A DNA stretch of 64,000 nucleotides from an uncultured Alphaproteobacteria bacterium (GTDB lineage Bacteria; Pseudomonadota; Alphaproteobacteria; Rhizobiales; Beijerinckiaceae): assembly GCA_963822215.1 (NCBI GenBank), contig CAWGGX010000014.1, positions 39,935 through 103,934 of the forward strand, given 5' to 3'. Shown here one piece after another: positions 18,583-28,435 of the stretch. Each line of letters begins with the position of its first letter. Positions within the stretch are counted from its first letter, which is position 1. The position numbers and the translations under genes were made by a program. The notes beneath the pieces were generated by a model. The model saw nothing but the letters and a program-made list of their open reading frames with translations, ran no database searches and was not told where the DNA came from.

Positions 18583-20175
18583 CTAGCCGAGCGCACGCAC
18601 AACGGCCTCGGAGTTCGTCACTACCGAGACATTCTGCAGCGCGAAGGCGATCGAGGCCTGATGCCACTCCGCGTTCATGGTCGAGCAGCAGTCCTCGGGA
18701 ACGATCATGAAATAACCCTTGTCGGCGCCGGTGCGGGCAGTGTGCTCAATCGACATGTTGGTCCAGGCGCCCGTCACGATGACCCTGTCGCGGCCCGTGC
18801 TCTTGAGAATCGTCTCGAGCCGCGTGCCCTCCCAGGCGCTCATACGCATCTTCTCCACCACAAAGTCCCCCGACTGCGGCTCAAGGCCGCTGACCGGGGC
18901 CGCGCCCCAGGAGCCGCGCACCATCGCATTGTTGTCGACGACCCCTACAAAGAGCGGCGCGTTCAGCGTCAGCCCCGGGGCGCCGGGCTCGACGACGAAC
19001 CACACGTGAATGACCGGAATACCGCGCGCGCGAGCGGCGTCCGCCACGCGCCGGACGTTCTCGACGACATTCTGCGCGCGCGCGTGCGCTGGCGAGCCGG
19101 AGTCGGCGAACGCGCCACCCTCGCTGATCACGTCGTTCTGCAGATCTTGGATGATCACGGCGCAGCGCCGCGGATCGAGCGAAAGATCGGTGCTGATCGG
19201 CGCAGATTGCGCCGCTGCGACGGGAGGGCGCTCGGTGGCCGGCGGAACGGCGCGACCCCGGGGGCGCGCGGTCATATAGGGCTCGCGCCGCGGGCCGACC
19301 TTGGTCGTGACCCGGTACATCGACTGACTAGCGGTCATGAACAGCGTCTGGAAGTCCGGCCCACCACAGGCGAGGTTCGCCACGAGCTCGGGGACGCGCA
19401 GCTTGCCGAGAAGGTTGCCGTCCGGCGCATAAACCCAGACGCCGCCCGGCGCCGTGACCCAGATGTTTCCGCGCTGGTCGCATTTCATGCCGTCGGGGAC
19501 GCCGAGCTCGAGGGAAGAGCGGATGCCGGAAGCGAAGATTCGACCGTTCGAGAGCGAGCCGTCGCGAGCGACGTCGAAGACGCGGATCAGCGCCTGCTCT
19601 GTGTCGTTGACGTAGAGCAACGATTCGTCAGGCGAGAAGCAAATGCCGTTCGGCTGGTCGAAGAGGTCCCGGTCGACGAGGAGGCGCGGCGACCCGCCGC
19701 CGGGCGCAACGCGATAGACGCCTTGGAATCCGAGCTGGCGCGGCCGCTCGACTCCATAGACCGGCATCCGCCCGTACCAGGGGTCGGAGAAGTAAATCGA
19801 GCCGTCCGAGCGCACGCAGACGTCGTTGGGGCTGTTCAGCTCCTGGTGCTCGTAATGCGAAGCGAGCACCTCCCGCCGCCCGTCGGGCCGCTCGCGCACA
19901 ACGCTCGAGGTCGCGTGCTCGCAAACAATGAGGTTGAGGTCGGCATCGTAGGTCATGCCGTTGCATTTGTTCGACGGACGCTTGACCTCGCTCACCGCGT
20001 TGCGCGCGTCCCACCGCCTGCGCACGTCGGCGGGCATGTCGGAGAACAGAAGAAAGTGGTCGATCGGGTGCCAGACTGGCCCCTCGGTGAAGCCGAACCC
20101 GGTTGCGACCTGGCCGACCAGCGCGTTCGGGTCGATCAGCTCCTCGAACTCCGGTCGGAGCGTTGTAAGGGCCAT
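18583..20175 (-). CDS. SMP-30/gluconolactonase fused to an isochorismatase-family hydrolase
   Basis: N-terminal FTEGPVW, NSPND, QPNG and PDGMK; Pro/Ala linker; C-terminal QDLQND, EKMRMSAW and TNMSIEHTAR. Confidence 0.9.
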   Translation of the reverse strand: MALTTLRPEFEELIDPNALVGQVATGFGFTEGPVWHPIDHFLLFSDMPADVRRRWDARNAVSEVKRPSNKCNGMTYDADLNLIVCEHATSSVVRERPDGRREVLASHYEHQELNSPNDVCVRSDGSIYFSDPWYGRMPVYGVERPRQLGFQGVYRVAPGGGSPRLLVDRDLFDQPNGICFSPDESLLYVNDTEQALIRVFDVARDGSLSNGRIFASGIRSSLELGVPDGMKCDQRGNIWVTAPGGVWVYAPDGNLLGKLRVPELVANLACGGPDFQTLFMTASQSMYRVTTKVGPRREPYMTARPRGRAVPPATERPPVAAAQSAPISTDLSLDPRRCAVIIQDLQNDVISEGGAFADSGSPAHARAQNVVENVRRVADAARARGIPVIHVWFVVEPGAPGLTLNAPLFVGVVDNNAMVRGSWGAAPVSGLEPQSGDFVVEKMRMSAWEGTRLETILKSTGRDRVIVTGAWTNMSIEHTARTGADKGYFMIVPEDCCSTMNAEWHQASIAFALQNVSVVTNSEAVVRALG

Positions 20176-20840
20176 GCCGATTCACCTCGCCGCGGTTCTA
20201 GTTCTTCTTCAAGTCGATCGAGATTCCCCTGGCCGTCCAGCTCACGGAGGGCGATCCGCCCCCGAGCGGGATTCCGCACGAAGGTCGCCTTCGCGCCGTT
20301 GATGGAGAAATTGAGTTGCGCGCCGTTCGTTGAAGACCGCACGTTCTCGGCGTCGTGAGCCTAGTAGAGTTTCAACCCCCTTCGCACACAAAATCGAACG
20401 TCCCTGACGTGTTACAGGCCAGTGCATCCAAGTCCAGCCGGCGAGCGGAAGGAAATTCTCGTCATGCGAACGCCTCGCTGCGAATGCGCCAGTTCGACCT
20501 TTTGCTGCGACTCTATGAGCGGCTGGTAAGCGCAAGGAAAGCGATCTTCGGCTGGAGAGGTGTCGGCTACGCCAGAGCGGTCATTACCATACCTGCTATG
20601 TTTGGTAGAAGCGACGCCTTCTTCCTATTCGGTGCTCTGTTCGAGCGCAGGCTAGCGAGACGCGCCACAGCCCGGTGTAGGCAGGCTCAATACCGTTGGG
20701 AGGGACGCAGGTCCGATGATCGCTGTGGATCATGTCGGAAGACCAGCGATCAAGTCGCGCATAGTGTCAGGCGGCTGCGGGGTGACGCCGGAACATGGAT
20801 TTTGCCGTCGCCTTCCCGATTGACTCGAATTTTGTGAGGG

Positions 20841-20868
20841 TGCTAGCACTGACATGTTAGCGCCGCGC
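20841..20868. promoter_or_regulatory. Tandem LacI-type operator candidates upstream of the ABC operon
   Basis: TGCTAGCACTGACA followed by TGTTAGCGC, both resembling the LacI-family palindrome TGTTAGCGCTAACA. Confidence 0.45.
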
Positions 20869-20962
20869 ATTATTTTGGTATCGTCGCGGACGTCAATCCG
20901 ACCGATTTTTGTCGACAGGTGGGACTGCTTTGCGCGGCAGACCGCTCCGGGGAGGAATCCAA

Positions 20963-21985
20963 ATGAGCCTTGGTCTCTCTAGGCTGGCGCTTGCCGTCGC
21001 CGCCAGTGCTTTTTTCGTTGCGCCTGCGCTCGCCGACACGAGCGGCATGAAAATCGCCTTCTCCAACAATTACGCCGGCAATTCCTGGCGCCAGGCGATG
21101 CTGAAGAGCTACGATATTGTCACCCAGCAGGCAGTCAAGGATCACGTGGTCGCCGCGGCGGACGTGTTCACGACCGCCGACAAGGAGGTGCCGACGCAAG
21201 CGGCGCAGATCCAGAACCTCATCCTGCAGGGTTATAACGCCATTGTGATCAATGCGGCTTCGCCCGACGCGCTAAACGGTGCGATCAAGCAGGCTTGCGA
21301 CGCCGGCATCGTCGTCGTCTCCTTCGACGGGATCGTCACCGAGCCCTGCGCCTACCGCGTCGTCGTCGACTTCAAGGACATGGGCAAGCAGGAAGTCGAA
21401 CACATGGCCAAGTTCCAACCGAAAGGCGGCAACCTGCTCGAGATCCGCGGCCTCGCCGGCACTTCGATTGACGACGCTATTCACGCTGGCATCGAGGAAG
21501 GCGTAAAGGCCCACCCGGATTTCAAGATCGTCTCGTCGGTGACTGGCGACTGGGACCAGACGACCGCGCAGAAGGCGGTCGCGACCGTGCTGCCGTCGCT
21601 GCCCCCGATCGTCGGCGTCGTGGACCAGGGCGGCGACGGCTACGGCGCGGCGCAGGCCTTCGCCGCCGCGGGTAAGCCCCGCCCGACCATCATCGAGGGC
21701 AACCGCCAGGACGAGCTCGACTGGTGGAAGGAGCAGAAGGAGAAGGACGGCTACGTGACGTGGTCGGCCTCGATCGCGCCGGGCGTCTCGACGCTCGCCT
21801 TTTGGGTGGCGCAGCAGGTGCTCGACGGCAACAAGAACATTCCGCACGACTTGCTCGTGCCGTATCTCGCCTTCGACCAGAACGACTTCGAGGCCGAGTT
21901 GCCCAAGATCCCGAAAGGCGGCGTCGCGAGCCACGAATATACGCAGGCGGACGCGGTCGCCGCCATCAAGGCGAACATGAAGTAG
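20963..21985 (+). CDS. Sugar ABC substrate-binding protein
   Basis: Signal peptide; [13 protein letters not shown] motif; GGAGG RBS. Confidence 0.92.
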   Translation: MSLGLSRLALAVAASAFFVAPALADTSGMKIAFSNNYAGNSWRQAMLKSYDIVTQQAVKDHVVAAADVFTTADKEVPTQAAQIQNLILQGYNAIVINAASPDALNGAIKQACDAGIVVVSFDGIVTEPCAYRVVVDFKDMGKQEVEHMAKFQPKGGNLLEIRGLAGTSIDDAIHAGIEEGVKAHPDFKIVSSVTGDWDQTTAQKAVATVLPSLPPIVGVVDQGGDGYGAAQAFAAAGKPRPTIIEGNRQDELDWWKEQKEKDGYVTWSASIAPGVSTLAFWVAQQVLDGNKNIPHDLLVPYLAFDQNDFEAELPKIPKGGVASHEYTQADAVAAIKANMK

Positions 21986-22032
21986 ACTCCCCGACGGGAA
22001 GGCGGCGTCGCGCGCTCAGGGATCTAGGATAC

Positions 22033-23502
22033 ATGGCGGGCGACGGCGCAGCTCTTGTCGAGTTCACGGGGGTCGAAAAGTCGTACGGCGCCGTCCGGGC
22101 GCTGGACGGCGTCGATTTCTCGGTTCGGCAGGGCGAGTGCGTCGGAGTCGTCGGCCACAACGGCGCCGGCAAGTCGACGCTAATGCATGTCCTCAACGGG
22201 GCTGTCGCGCCCGACCGCGGCCGCCTCGTGATCTGCGGCGAAGAGCTGCGCGCCTATTCCGCCGCGCGCGCCAAGGCGTTCGGGCTGCGTCCGGTCTACC
22301 AGGAGCTCTCGCTGTGCCCGAACCTGACCGTCGCCGAGAACGCGCGGATCGTCCATCCGTCGATTCGCGGTTTCGGCTGGCACAGACGCGCCGGGGGGCT
22401 CATCCGCGCCAAGCTCGACGAGATCTTTCCCCGCCATGGCGTCTCCCCTGACGACCTCGTGCAGGATCTGTCGATCGGACGGCGTCAGATGGTCGAAATC
22501 TCGCGCGCCTTCACCGTGTCGGATGATCGGCCGGCGCGCCTCGTCATCCTCGACGAGCCGACCTCTTCGCTCGACACGCACACCGCGAGCCAGCTGCTTG
22601 TCCATGTCCGGCGCTCCGTCGGCCAAGGTCTGAGCTGCGTGCTCATCTCGCATATCCTCGGCGAGGTCCTCGAGACCTGCGATCGCATTCTCGTCATGCG
22701 CGACGGCAAAGTGGTTGCGGAAGACCGTTCGCGCAATCTCAGCCGTTCGAAGCTGGTCGCCGCAATGGGGGGTGTCGAAGGCGAACCCCCCATTTCAGCC
22801 GCTCAGCGCCGCGGCGACAGCGCCGGGCGGATCCGTGTGCGCATTCGCCCCGAGCGGCAGGCGGACGGCCGCGAGCTCACGGCGCACGAAGGCGAGATCG
22901 TCGGCCTCGCCGGGCTCGCGGGGCACGGCCAGACCGAGCTCCTGCTGGCCGCGTTCGACGCCGCCTCGCGCCCGCGATCGGGCGAAATGGTCGAGGGGCC
23001 GGTCGCCCTTGTCGCCGGCGACCGGGTTTCGGACGGGATCTTCCCGCTATGGTCAATCGCGCGGAATATCGGCGTGCGCTCGCTAAAGCGCCTGCGCGCG
23101 GGTCCCTTGGTCTCGCCTCGTCTCGAGGCGGAGTTGGCGGACTCCTGGCGGCGGCGGATCAGGATCCGCACGCCCGACGTCAGTCATAACATCCTGTCGC
23201 TGTCGGGCGGCAATCAGCAGAAGGCGCTGTTCGCGCGCGCGCTCGCGTCCGACGGGCGCGTCGTGCTGATGGACGACCCGATGCGCGGCGTCGACTATGG
23301 CACCAAGATCGAGGTCTACGAGCTCATCCGCGCCGAGGCGGCCGCTGGACGGACCTTTCTCTGGTATACGACCGAGACGGAGGAGCTGAAGAACTGCGAC
23401 CGCATCTACATCTTCCGCAACGGCGCGGTCGTCGCCGAGCTCACGCGCGACGAACTCACAGAGGAGCGCGTTATCCATTCCTCCTTCGCCGGGGTCGACT
23501 GA
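22033..23502 (+). CDS. Sugar ABC ATP-binding protein with two ABC domains
   Basis: [15 protein letters not shown] and LSGGNQQK motifs. Confidence 0.92.
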   Translation: MAGDGAALVEFTGVEKSYGAVRALDGVDFSVRQGECVGVVGHNGAGKSTLMHVLNGAVAPDRGRLVICGEELRAYSAARAKAFGLRPVYQELSLCPNLTVAENARIVHPSIRGFGWHRRAGGLIRAKLDEIFPRHGVSPDDLVQDLSIGRRQMVEISRAFTVSDDRPARLVILDEPTSSLDTHTASQLLVHVRRSVGQGLSCVLISHILGEVLETCDRILVMRDGKVVAEDRSRNLSRSKLVAAMGGVEGEPPISAAQRRGDSAGRIRVRIRPERQADGRELTAHEGEIVGLAGLAGHGQTELLLAAFDAASRPRSGEMVEGPVALVAGDRVSDGIFPLWSIARNIGVRSLKRLRAGPLVSPRLEAELADSWRRRIRIRTPDVSHNILSLSGGNQQKALFARALASDGRVVLMDDPMRGVDYGTKIEVYELIRAEAAAGRTFLWYTTETEELKNCDRIYIFRNGAVVAELTRDELTEERVIHSSFAGVD

Positions 23503-23503
23503 C

Positions 23504-24472
23504 ATGAGCCTCGCGGCCTCGGCCTCGGATTTCGCGGGCGGGGCGGACTTTCGGCGCAGGCTTCGCGCGGCCCTTCCAGGTCTGTCGCTCGCCCTCGTCG
23601 TTGCGGCGATCGCCTGGCTGAACCCACGCGCGATCAGTTATTTCGGCTTCACGCTGATGCTGAACCTGGCGATCCCGATCGCGCTCGCGACGGTCGCGCA
23701 GATGTTCGTCATCGCTGGCAACGACCTTGATTTGTCGATCGGCACGTTCGTCGGCTTCGTCTGCTGCGTCTCGGCGACCTGGCTGCGTGATCAGCCGGCG
23801 CTTGGCGCGCTGGCGCTTCTGGGCTGCATCGCGCTCTACGCCGCGCTCGGGACCCTGATCTATCTGCGCAACCTGCCCTCGATCGTGGTGACGCTCGGGA
23901 TGAGCTTCGTCTGGCAGGGCCTCGCGATCCTCCTCTTGCCGAAGCCAGGCGGGAGGGCGCCCGGATGGCTGCTCGCGATCATGGGCGTCAAGCCGCCGTT
24001 CCTTCCGTTCCCGATCATCGCCGCCGTCGTTATCGCTGCGGTCGCCTGGTTCGGCCTCATGCGGACGTCCTACGGGGCGATCCTGCGGGGCGCCGGCGGC
24101 AACGCGACCGCCATCCAACGGGCAGGCTGGTCGCTGCTCAAGGCGAAGGCGGTCCTGTTCGCGCTCGCGGGCGTCTTCGGCGTGCTGTCGGGCATGGCGC
24201 TCGTCGGCAACACGACCTCGGCCGACGCCAATATCGGCAACGGCTACACGCTGCTCTCGATTGCTGGAGTCATCCTCGGGGGCGGCGAATTCGTCGGGGG
24301 AAAAGTCTCCCCGATCGGGGCGGTCGTCGGAGCCCTGACCATGGCGATGGCGGCCTCACCGCTGCTCACTTTTATGCGCATTCCGCCGGACTGGCAGGTC
24401 GCCGCCAACGGCGCAATCCTGATCATCGTCCTCGCAGCGCGCGTTCTCATCAGCCGGGGGGCCGCGCGATGA
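23504..24472 (+). CDS. Sugar ABC transporter permease
   Basis: Hydrophobic; DLDLSIG and IAGVILGG motifs. Confidence 0.9.
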   Translation: MSLAASASDFAGGADFRRRLRAALPGLSLALVVAAIAWLNPRAISYFGFTLMLNLAIPIALATVAQMFVIAGNDLDLSIGTFVGFVCCVSATWLRDQPALGALALLGCIALYAALGTLIYLRNLPSIVVTLGMSFVWQGLAILLLPKPGGRAPGWLLAIMGVKPPFLPFPIIAAVVIAAVAWFGLMRTSYGAILRGAGGNATAIQRAGWSLLKAKAVLFALAGVFGVLSGMALVGNTTSADANIGNGYTLLSIAGVILGGGEFVGGKVSPIGAVVGALTMAMAASPLLTFMRIPPDWQVAANGAILIIVLAARVLISRGAAR

Positions 24473-25410
24473 CCCGCACGCTCGCTGAGAGGCCGTGGAT
24501 CTGGTCGTTTCTCGGCGCGTTCGTCGTCTGGCTCGCCGCGGTCGCCTTCACCGGTGGCCACGGCGCCGGGGGCATGCTGACCGCCGCACTGTCGCTTGCA
24601 GTCTTCACGGTGTTCGTCGGCGTCGGGCAGATGTTCGTCATCACGCTCGGGCCCGGCAACGTCGACTTGTCGCTACCCGCCAATATCGGGCTTGCGAGCG
24701 CGGTGGCGATGAAGACCATGGGCGGCGACGACTCGCTCGTCGCTCTCGGCCTCGTGGCGGCCCTCGCTTCCGGATTTGCAGTCGGCGTCGCCAATTATCT
24801 CTTGATCCGTGCCTTGCGCATCCCGCCGATCATCGCGACCCTATCGGCGAGTTTCATCATCCAGTCGATCGACATTTCCTATGGCCGCGGCCTGCAAATC
24901 AAGCCTCCTCCAGGCTTCGCGGACTTCACCAACATACAATTTGCAAGCGTTCCGCTGCTCGCGATCCTGGCGGCGCTGTTCGCCTACGGCGCGCATGTGG
25001 CGCTCCACCACACGATCTGGGGTCGCTCGGTGCTGGCGATCGGGCAGAACATCCGCGCGGCCCGCCTGGCGGGGATCAAGGTCGGGCCTGTGCGGTTCGC
25101 CGCCTACGCGCTCTGCGGCATGCTGGGAGGCCTCGACGGCGCGCTGCTCGCCGGCTATTTCCGCGGGGCCAACGTCGACATCGGCAATGAATATCTTCTT
25201 GCTTCGATCGCCGTAGTGGTGATTGGGGGGACGTCCGTGTCCGGCGGCAATGCGAACCTCCCCGGCGTTTGGGGCGGGGCTTTGTTTCTGGTGCTCCTGC
25301 TCACCATGCTGAACACCTTCGGCGTCAGCGCCGGCGTGCGGCTGGTGGCGACGGGACTCATCATCGTGGCGGTTATTGCAGCAGCCGGCGGGGAGAAAAG
25401 ACCGAGGTGA
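24469..25410 (+). CDS. Sugar ABC transporter permease
   Basis: ATGA overlap; GNVDLS and IAVVVIGGTS motifs. Confidence 0.9.
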   Translation: MTRTLAERPWIWSFLGAFVVWLAAVAFTGGHGAGGMLTAALSLAVFTVFVGVGQMFVITLGPGNVDLSLPANIGLASAVAMKTMGGDDSLVALGLVAALASGFAVGVANYLLIRALRIPPIIATLSASFIIQSIDISYGRGLQIKPPPGFADFTNIQFASVPLLAILAALFAYGAHVALHHTIWGRSVLAIGQNIRAARLAGIKVGPVRFAAYALCGMLGGLDGALLAGYFRGANVDIGNEYLLASIAVVVIGGTSVSGGNANLPGVWGGALFLVLLLTMLNTFGVSAGVRLVATGLIIVAVIAAAGGEKRPR

Positions 25411-25967
25411 ACTAGGGGTCACTACACGATTTGTCCAAAATCGCACGCAAAGAAAAAATACCAATGAAATCAGGACAGTTCCAAATTTGGCATGGGGAGT
25501 CGCCTCGACTTCTGGGGGCTAGTGGTCAGCACGGTCCCGTTTCCAACCAGCCCCGACGCCGCCGCAAACGCCGAGGGGACCAGCCAACCATGTTAACGTG
25601 CAGTTTTGAACAAATCGTCTGGTGACCCCTAGTTGCGGGTCGCGACCGCGAACGTCGCAAGTGGGCAGGCAACCGGGCGTTCCCAGGTGAGACTTGTATG
25701 CGCAGTCTCCGCCCTGAGGGGGCATTCATCGTGGCCAGCACGCGAGCGCGACGAACGGCTTACCGACTTTCGATGGTCGACATCGCAAATGGCCGCCAGA
25801 CGCCGGTCGCCTGGTTCGCCTTCCGTCGGGTCGACGACAAGTCACAGGGGACGGACGCTGCGGGTCATTCCTCGTTCCTCAGTCAGATGCCGCCTCGCAT
25901 GGTATGGCCCTGGCCGCCATGTTTCGGCTACCGTCGTCCATGACAATTTTGCGACGATCGGGATGGC

Positions 25968-26828
25968 GTGCAGGTGTCGACTTTCGTTTGGGCGGCGGTG
26001 TTGGGCGCGGCGTTGCTGCATGCGCTGTGGAATTCGGTCGTAAAAAGCGCCGGCGACAAGTTCATGAGCTCGGCCCGCGTCGCCCTGTGGACGGGCGTCG
26101 TCGCCCTGTTTGTCAGTCTGGCCACGCCGGCGCCGTTGGCGGCGTCACTGCCGTATGTGATCGCTTCGGCGCTCATCCACGTCCTCTATTTCCTGCTGGT
26201 CGGCCGCTTATATCGCAACGCCGATCTGTCCGTCGCCTATCCGCTCATGCGCGGTCTCGCGCCGCTCGTCGCGAGTGGCATAGCCGCCGTGACGCTGCAT
26301 GAAGTCCCCGGCGCGGTCGCGCTCGTCGGTGTACTGGCGCTCGTCGCCGGTGTGGCGACGATGGGGCTTTCCGGTCTCGCCCATGGGCGCATCGACCGCG
26401 TCACGCTAGTTGTTGCGCTTTTCAATTCGGTGATTATCGCGACCTATTCGGTCGTGGATGGCGAGGGCGCCCGGCTTGCCGGACCCGACGCACTGCACGC
26501 CTTCGCCTACAACGCGTGGTCGGACGGCTTGACCGCGGCGCTCTATCTACCGGTTGTCCTGGCGCTGCGGGGCAAGTCCGCCGGCCCGGAATTCGTGCGT
26601 GATCCTCTGCGAAGCGCCTTTGCCGGCCTTGCTGCATTCGGCGGCTACGCAATCGTCGTCTGGGCGATGACGCAGGCCCCTATAGGAGCGGTCGCAGCGC
26701 TGCGGGAATGCTCCGTCGTATTTGCCGCGATCATCGGCGTCGCATTCCTCGGCGAACCATTCCGCGGCGCGCGCGCCGGCGCGGCGTTGCTGATTGTCGG
26801 CGGGGTGATCGCGCTGCGGCTCGCTTGA
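25968..26828 (+). CDS. EamA/DMT family transporter
   Basis: AALLHALWN, DLSVAYPLMRG and VAALRECSV motifs. Confidence 0.9.
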   Translation: MQVSTFVWAAVLGAALLHALWNSVVKSAGDKFMSSARVALWTGVVALFVSLATPAPLAASLPYVIASALIHVLYFLLVGRLYRNADLSVAYPLMRGLAPLVASGIAAVTLHEVPGAVALVGVLALVAGVATMGLSGLAHGRIDRVTLVVALFNSVIIATYSVVDGEGARLAGPDALHAFAYNAWSDGLTAALYLPVVLALRGKSAGPEFVRDPLRSAFAGLAAFGGYAIVVWAMTQAPIGAVAALRECSVVFAAIIGVAFLGEPFRGARAGAALLIVGGVIALRLA

Positions 26829-26982
26829 CGCCATCGAACGCTGGCCCAAAGGGACCGGAGTCTGGACGACCCCGAGCAATGCATAGGCTCGAGCATCGCC
26901 GCTTATCGGAAGCTCGACGTGGCTTGGGAAATTTTGACGATGTTCATTTTGAGTTTTTGTGCCAGGGGAGGCTCCGCCGCTC

Positions 26983-27816
26983 ATGAAGACCGCCGACTTT
27001 GTTGTTTCGAAACGTCCGAGACTTTCCGAAGTTCAGCGTTTCCCGAAGGTCGAGTTCGCCGACTACGAGCGCCGTCTTGAGGAACTTCAAGAAACGCTTC
27101 AACGCGTTCAGCAGGCCTTTCTCGGGACGGTCCAGCGCGCTGTCCTCGTTCTTGAGGGTTGGGACACTGCGGGCAAGGGCGGCATCGTTCGCCGCTTGGG
27201 GTGGGCGCTCGACCCGCGTAGGCCTCAAGGTGCATTCGATCTCCGCTCCGAGCGAGCGTGAGAAGTCGCTGGATTACCTCCAGCGTTTTTGGGAGCGCCT
27301 GCCACAGCACGGCCAAATCGTCGTTTTCGACCGCTCCTGGTACGGCCGCGTCCTCGTCGAGCGCGTCGAGAGCTTCGCCAAGCCGGCCGAATGGCATCGG
27401 GCCTACGAAGAGATCAATGACTTCCAGCGCATGTTGATCGCCGAGGACACGCGGCTCATCAAGCTGTTTCTGCACATGACCGCTAATGAACAGTTGCGCC
27501 GATTTCGAAGTCGGCTCAACGATCAGCTCAAGCGCTGGAAGCTGTCCTACGAGGATTTCCGCAATCGCGCCGCTGGAAGGAATACAAGGCGGCGATCGAG
27601 GACATCATGCAGAAGACCTCAACTCGTCATGCGCCATGGCATCTGATCTCGGCCAACGACAAGCCGTAGGGGAGGCTGGCTGCACTGCGCATCATGGTCG
27701 ATCGTCTGTCCAAGAATGTGTCATTGGATCCGCGCCCGCTCGATCCGAAAGTGCTCGAAGCGGCGGAGTCGCTATTGGGAGTCTCCGTTCTGGCAAATGG
27801 TTTGCCGTCCAAATAG
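26983..27816 (+). pseudogene. ppk2: Polyphosphate kinase 2 pseudogene
   Basis: EGWDTAGKGG, FDRSWYGRVLVERVE, KRWKL and APWHLI motifs spread over three segments; frameshifts near 27220 and 27570; in-frame TAG at 27667-27669. Confidence 0.9.
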
Positions 27817-27936
27817 AACTCGCTGACTTCCGACGTTCATTAGCATTTCCCCCAACTTTCCGCGGGTTGTTCACTCGGTCTTTGAGCGATAAAGGCGGCG
27901 CCGAGGAACCAAACACCCGAACCAGGAGTCACGGGA

Positions 27937-28416
27937 ATTCCTCGTAAACCGACGAAACGGAGAGCAAAGGCCGCTGTTCGTATCCAGTACGGCGCGCTGC
28001 CCTACCGGTTCACGGAAGACGCTGCGCTGGAGGTCCTTATTGTGACCACGCGACAGTCCAGACGCTGGATCGTTCCAAAGGGTTGGCCGATAAAGGGATT
28101 GGGCCCGGCCAAGTCGGCCGCGAGGGAAGCTTTCGAAGAAGCAGGGGTGCGCGGAAAGATTGGCGCAAAGCCGCTAGGCCTCTTCACTTACGACAAGCTG
28201 CTCGACGAGGCCGGCGTCAGGGCGACGTGCGAAGTGAGAGTCTATCCGTTGCTGGTGAAGCGACAAAGCGAAGTCTGGCCCGAGTTCGCACAGCGGACAA
28301 CCCAGTGGGTCGAACCGAGCAAGGCGATCGCGCTGATCAAGGAGCCCGGCCTCCGGAAGATTGTCGCCTCGTTCGCAAAGCGAGCCGCGACCGCCGCCAG
28401 CAAGTCGGTCTCCTGA
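27937..28416 (+). CDS. NUDIX hydrolase (DIPP/Ap6A-like); start uncertain
   Basis: QYGALPYR..EVLIVTTR..WIVPKGW and NUDIX box AAREAFEEAG; homologous-looking sequence extends upstream of the GTG at 28042. Confidence 0.85.
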   Translation: MPRKPTKRRAKAAVRIQYGALPYRFTEDAALEVLIVTTRQSRRWIVPKGWPIKGLGPAKSAAREAFEEAGVRGKIGAKPLGLFTYDKLLDEAGVRATCEVRVYPLLVKRQSEVWPEFAQRTTQWVEPSKAIALIKEPGLRKIVASFAKRAATAASKSVS

Positions 28417-28435
28417 ACGGGAATTCCCGCGGTTT

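Noticed and set aside
18421-20358. 645-aa plus-strand ORF
   Set aside because: Antisense to the well-supported lactonase-isochorismatase gene; Arg-rich with no domain
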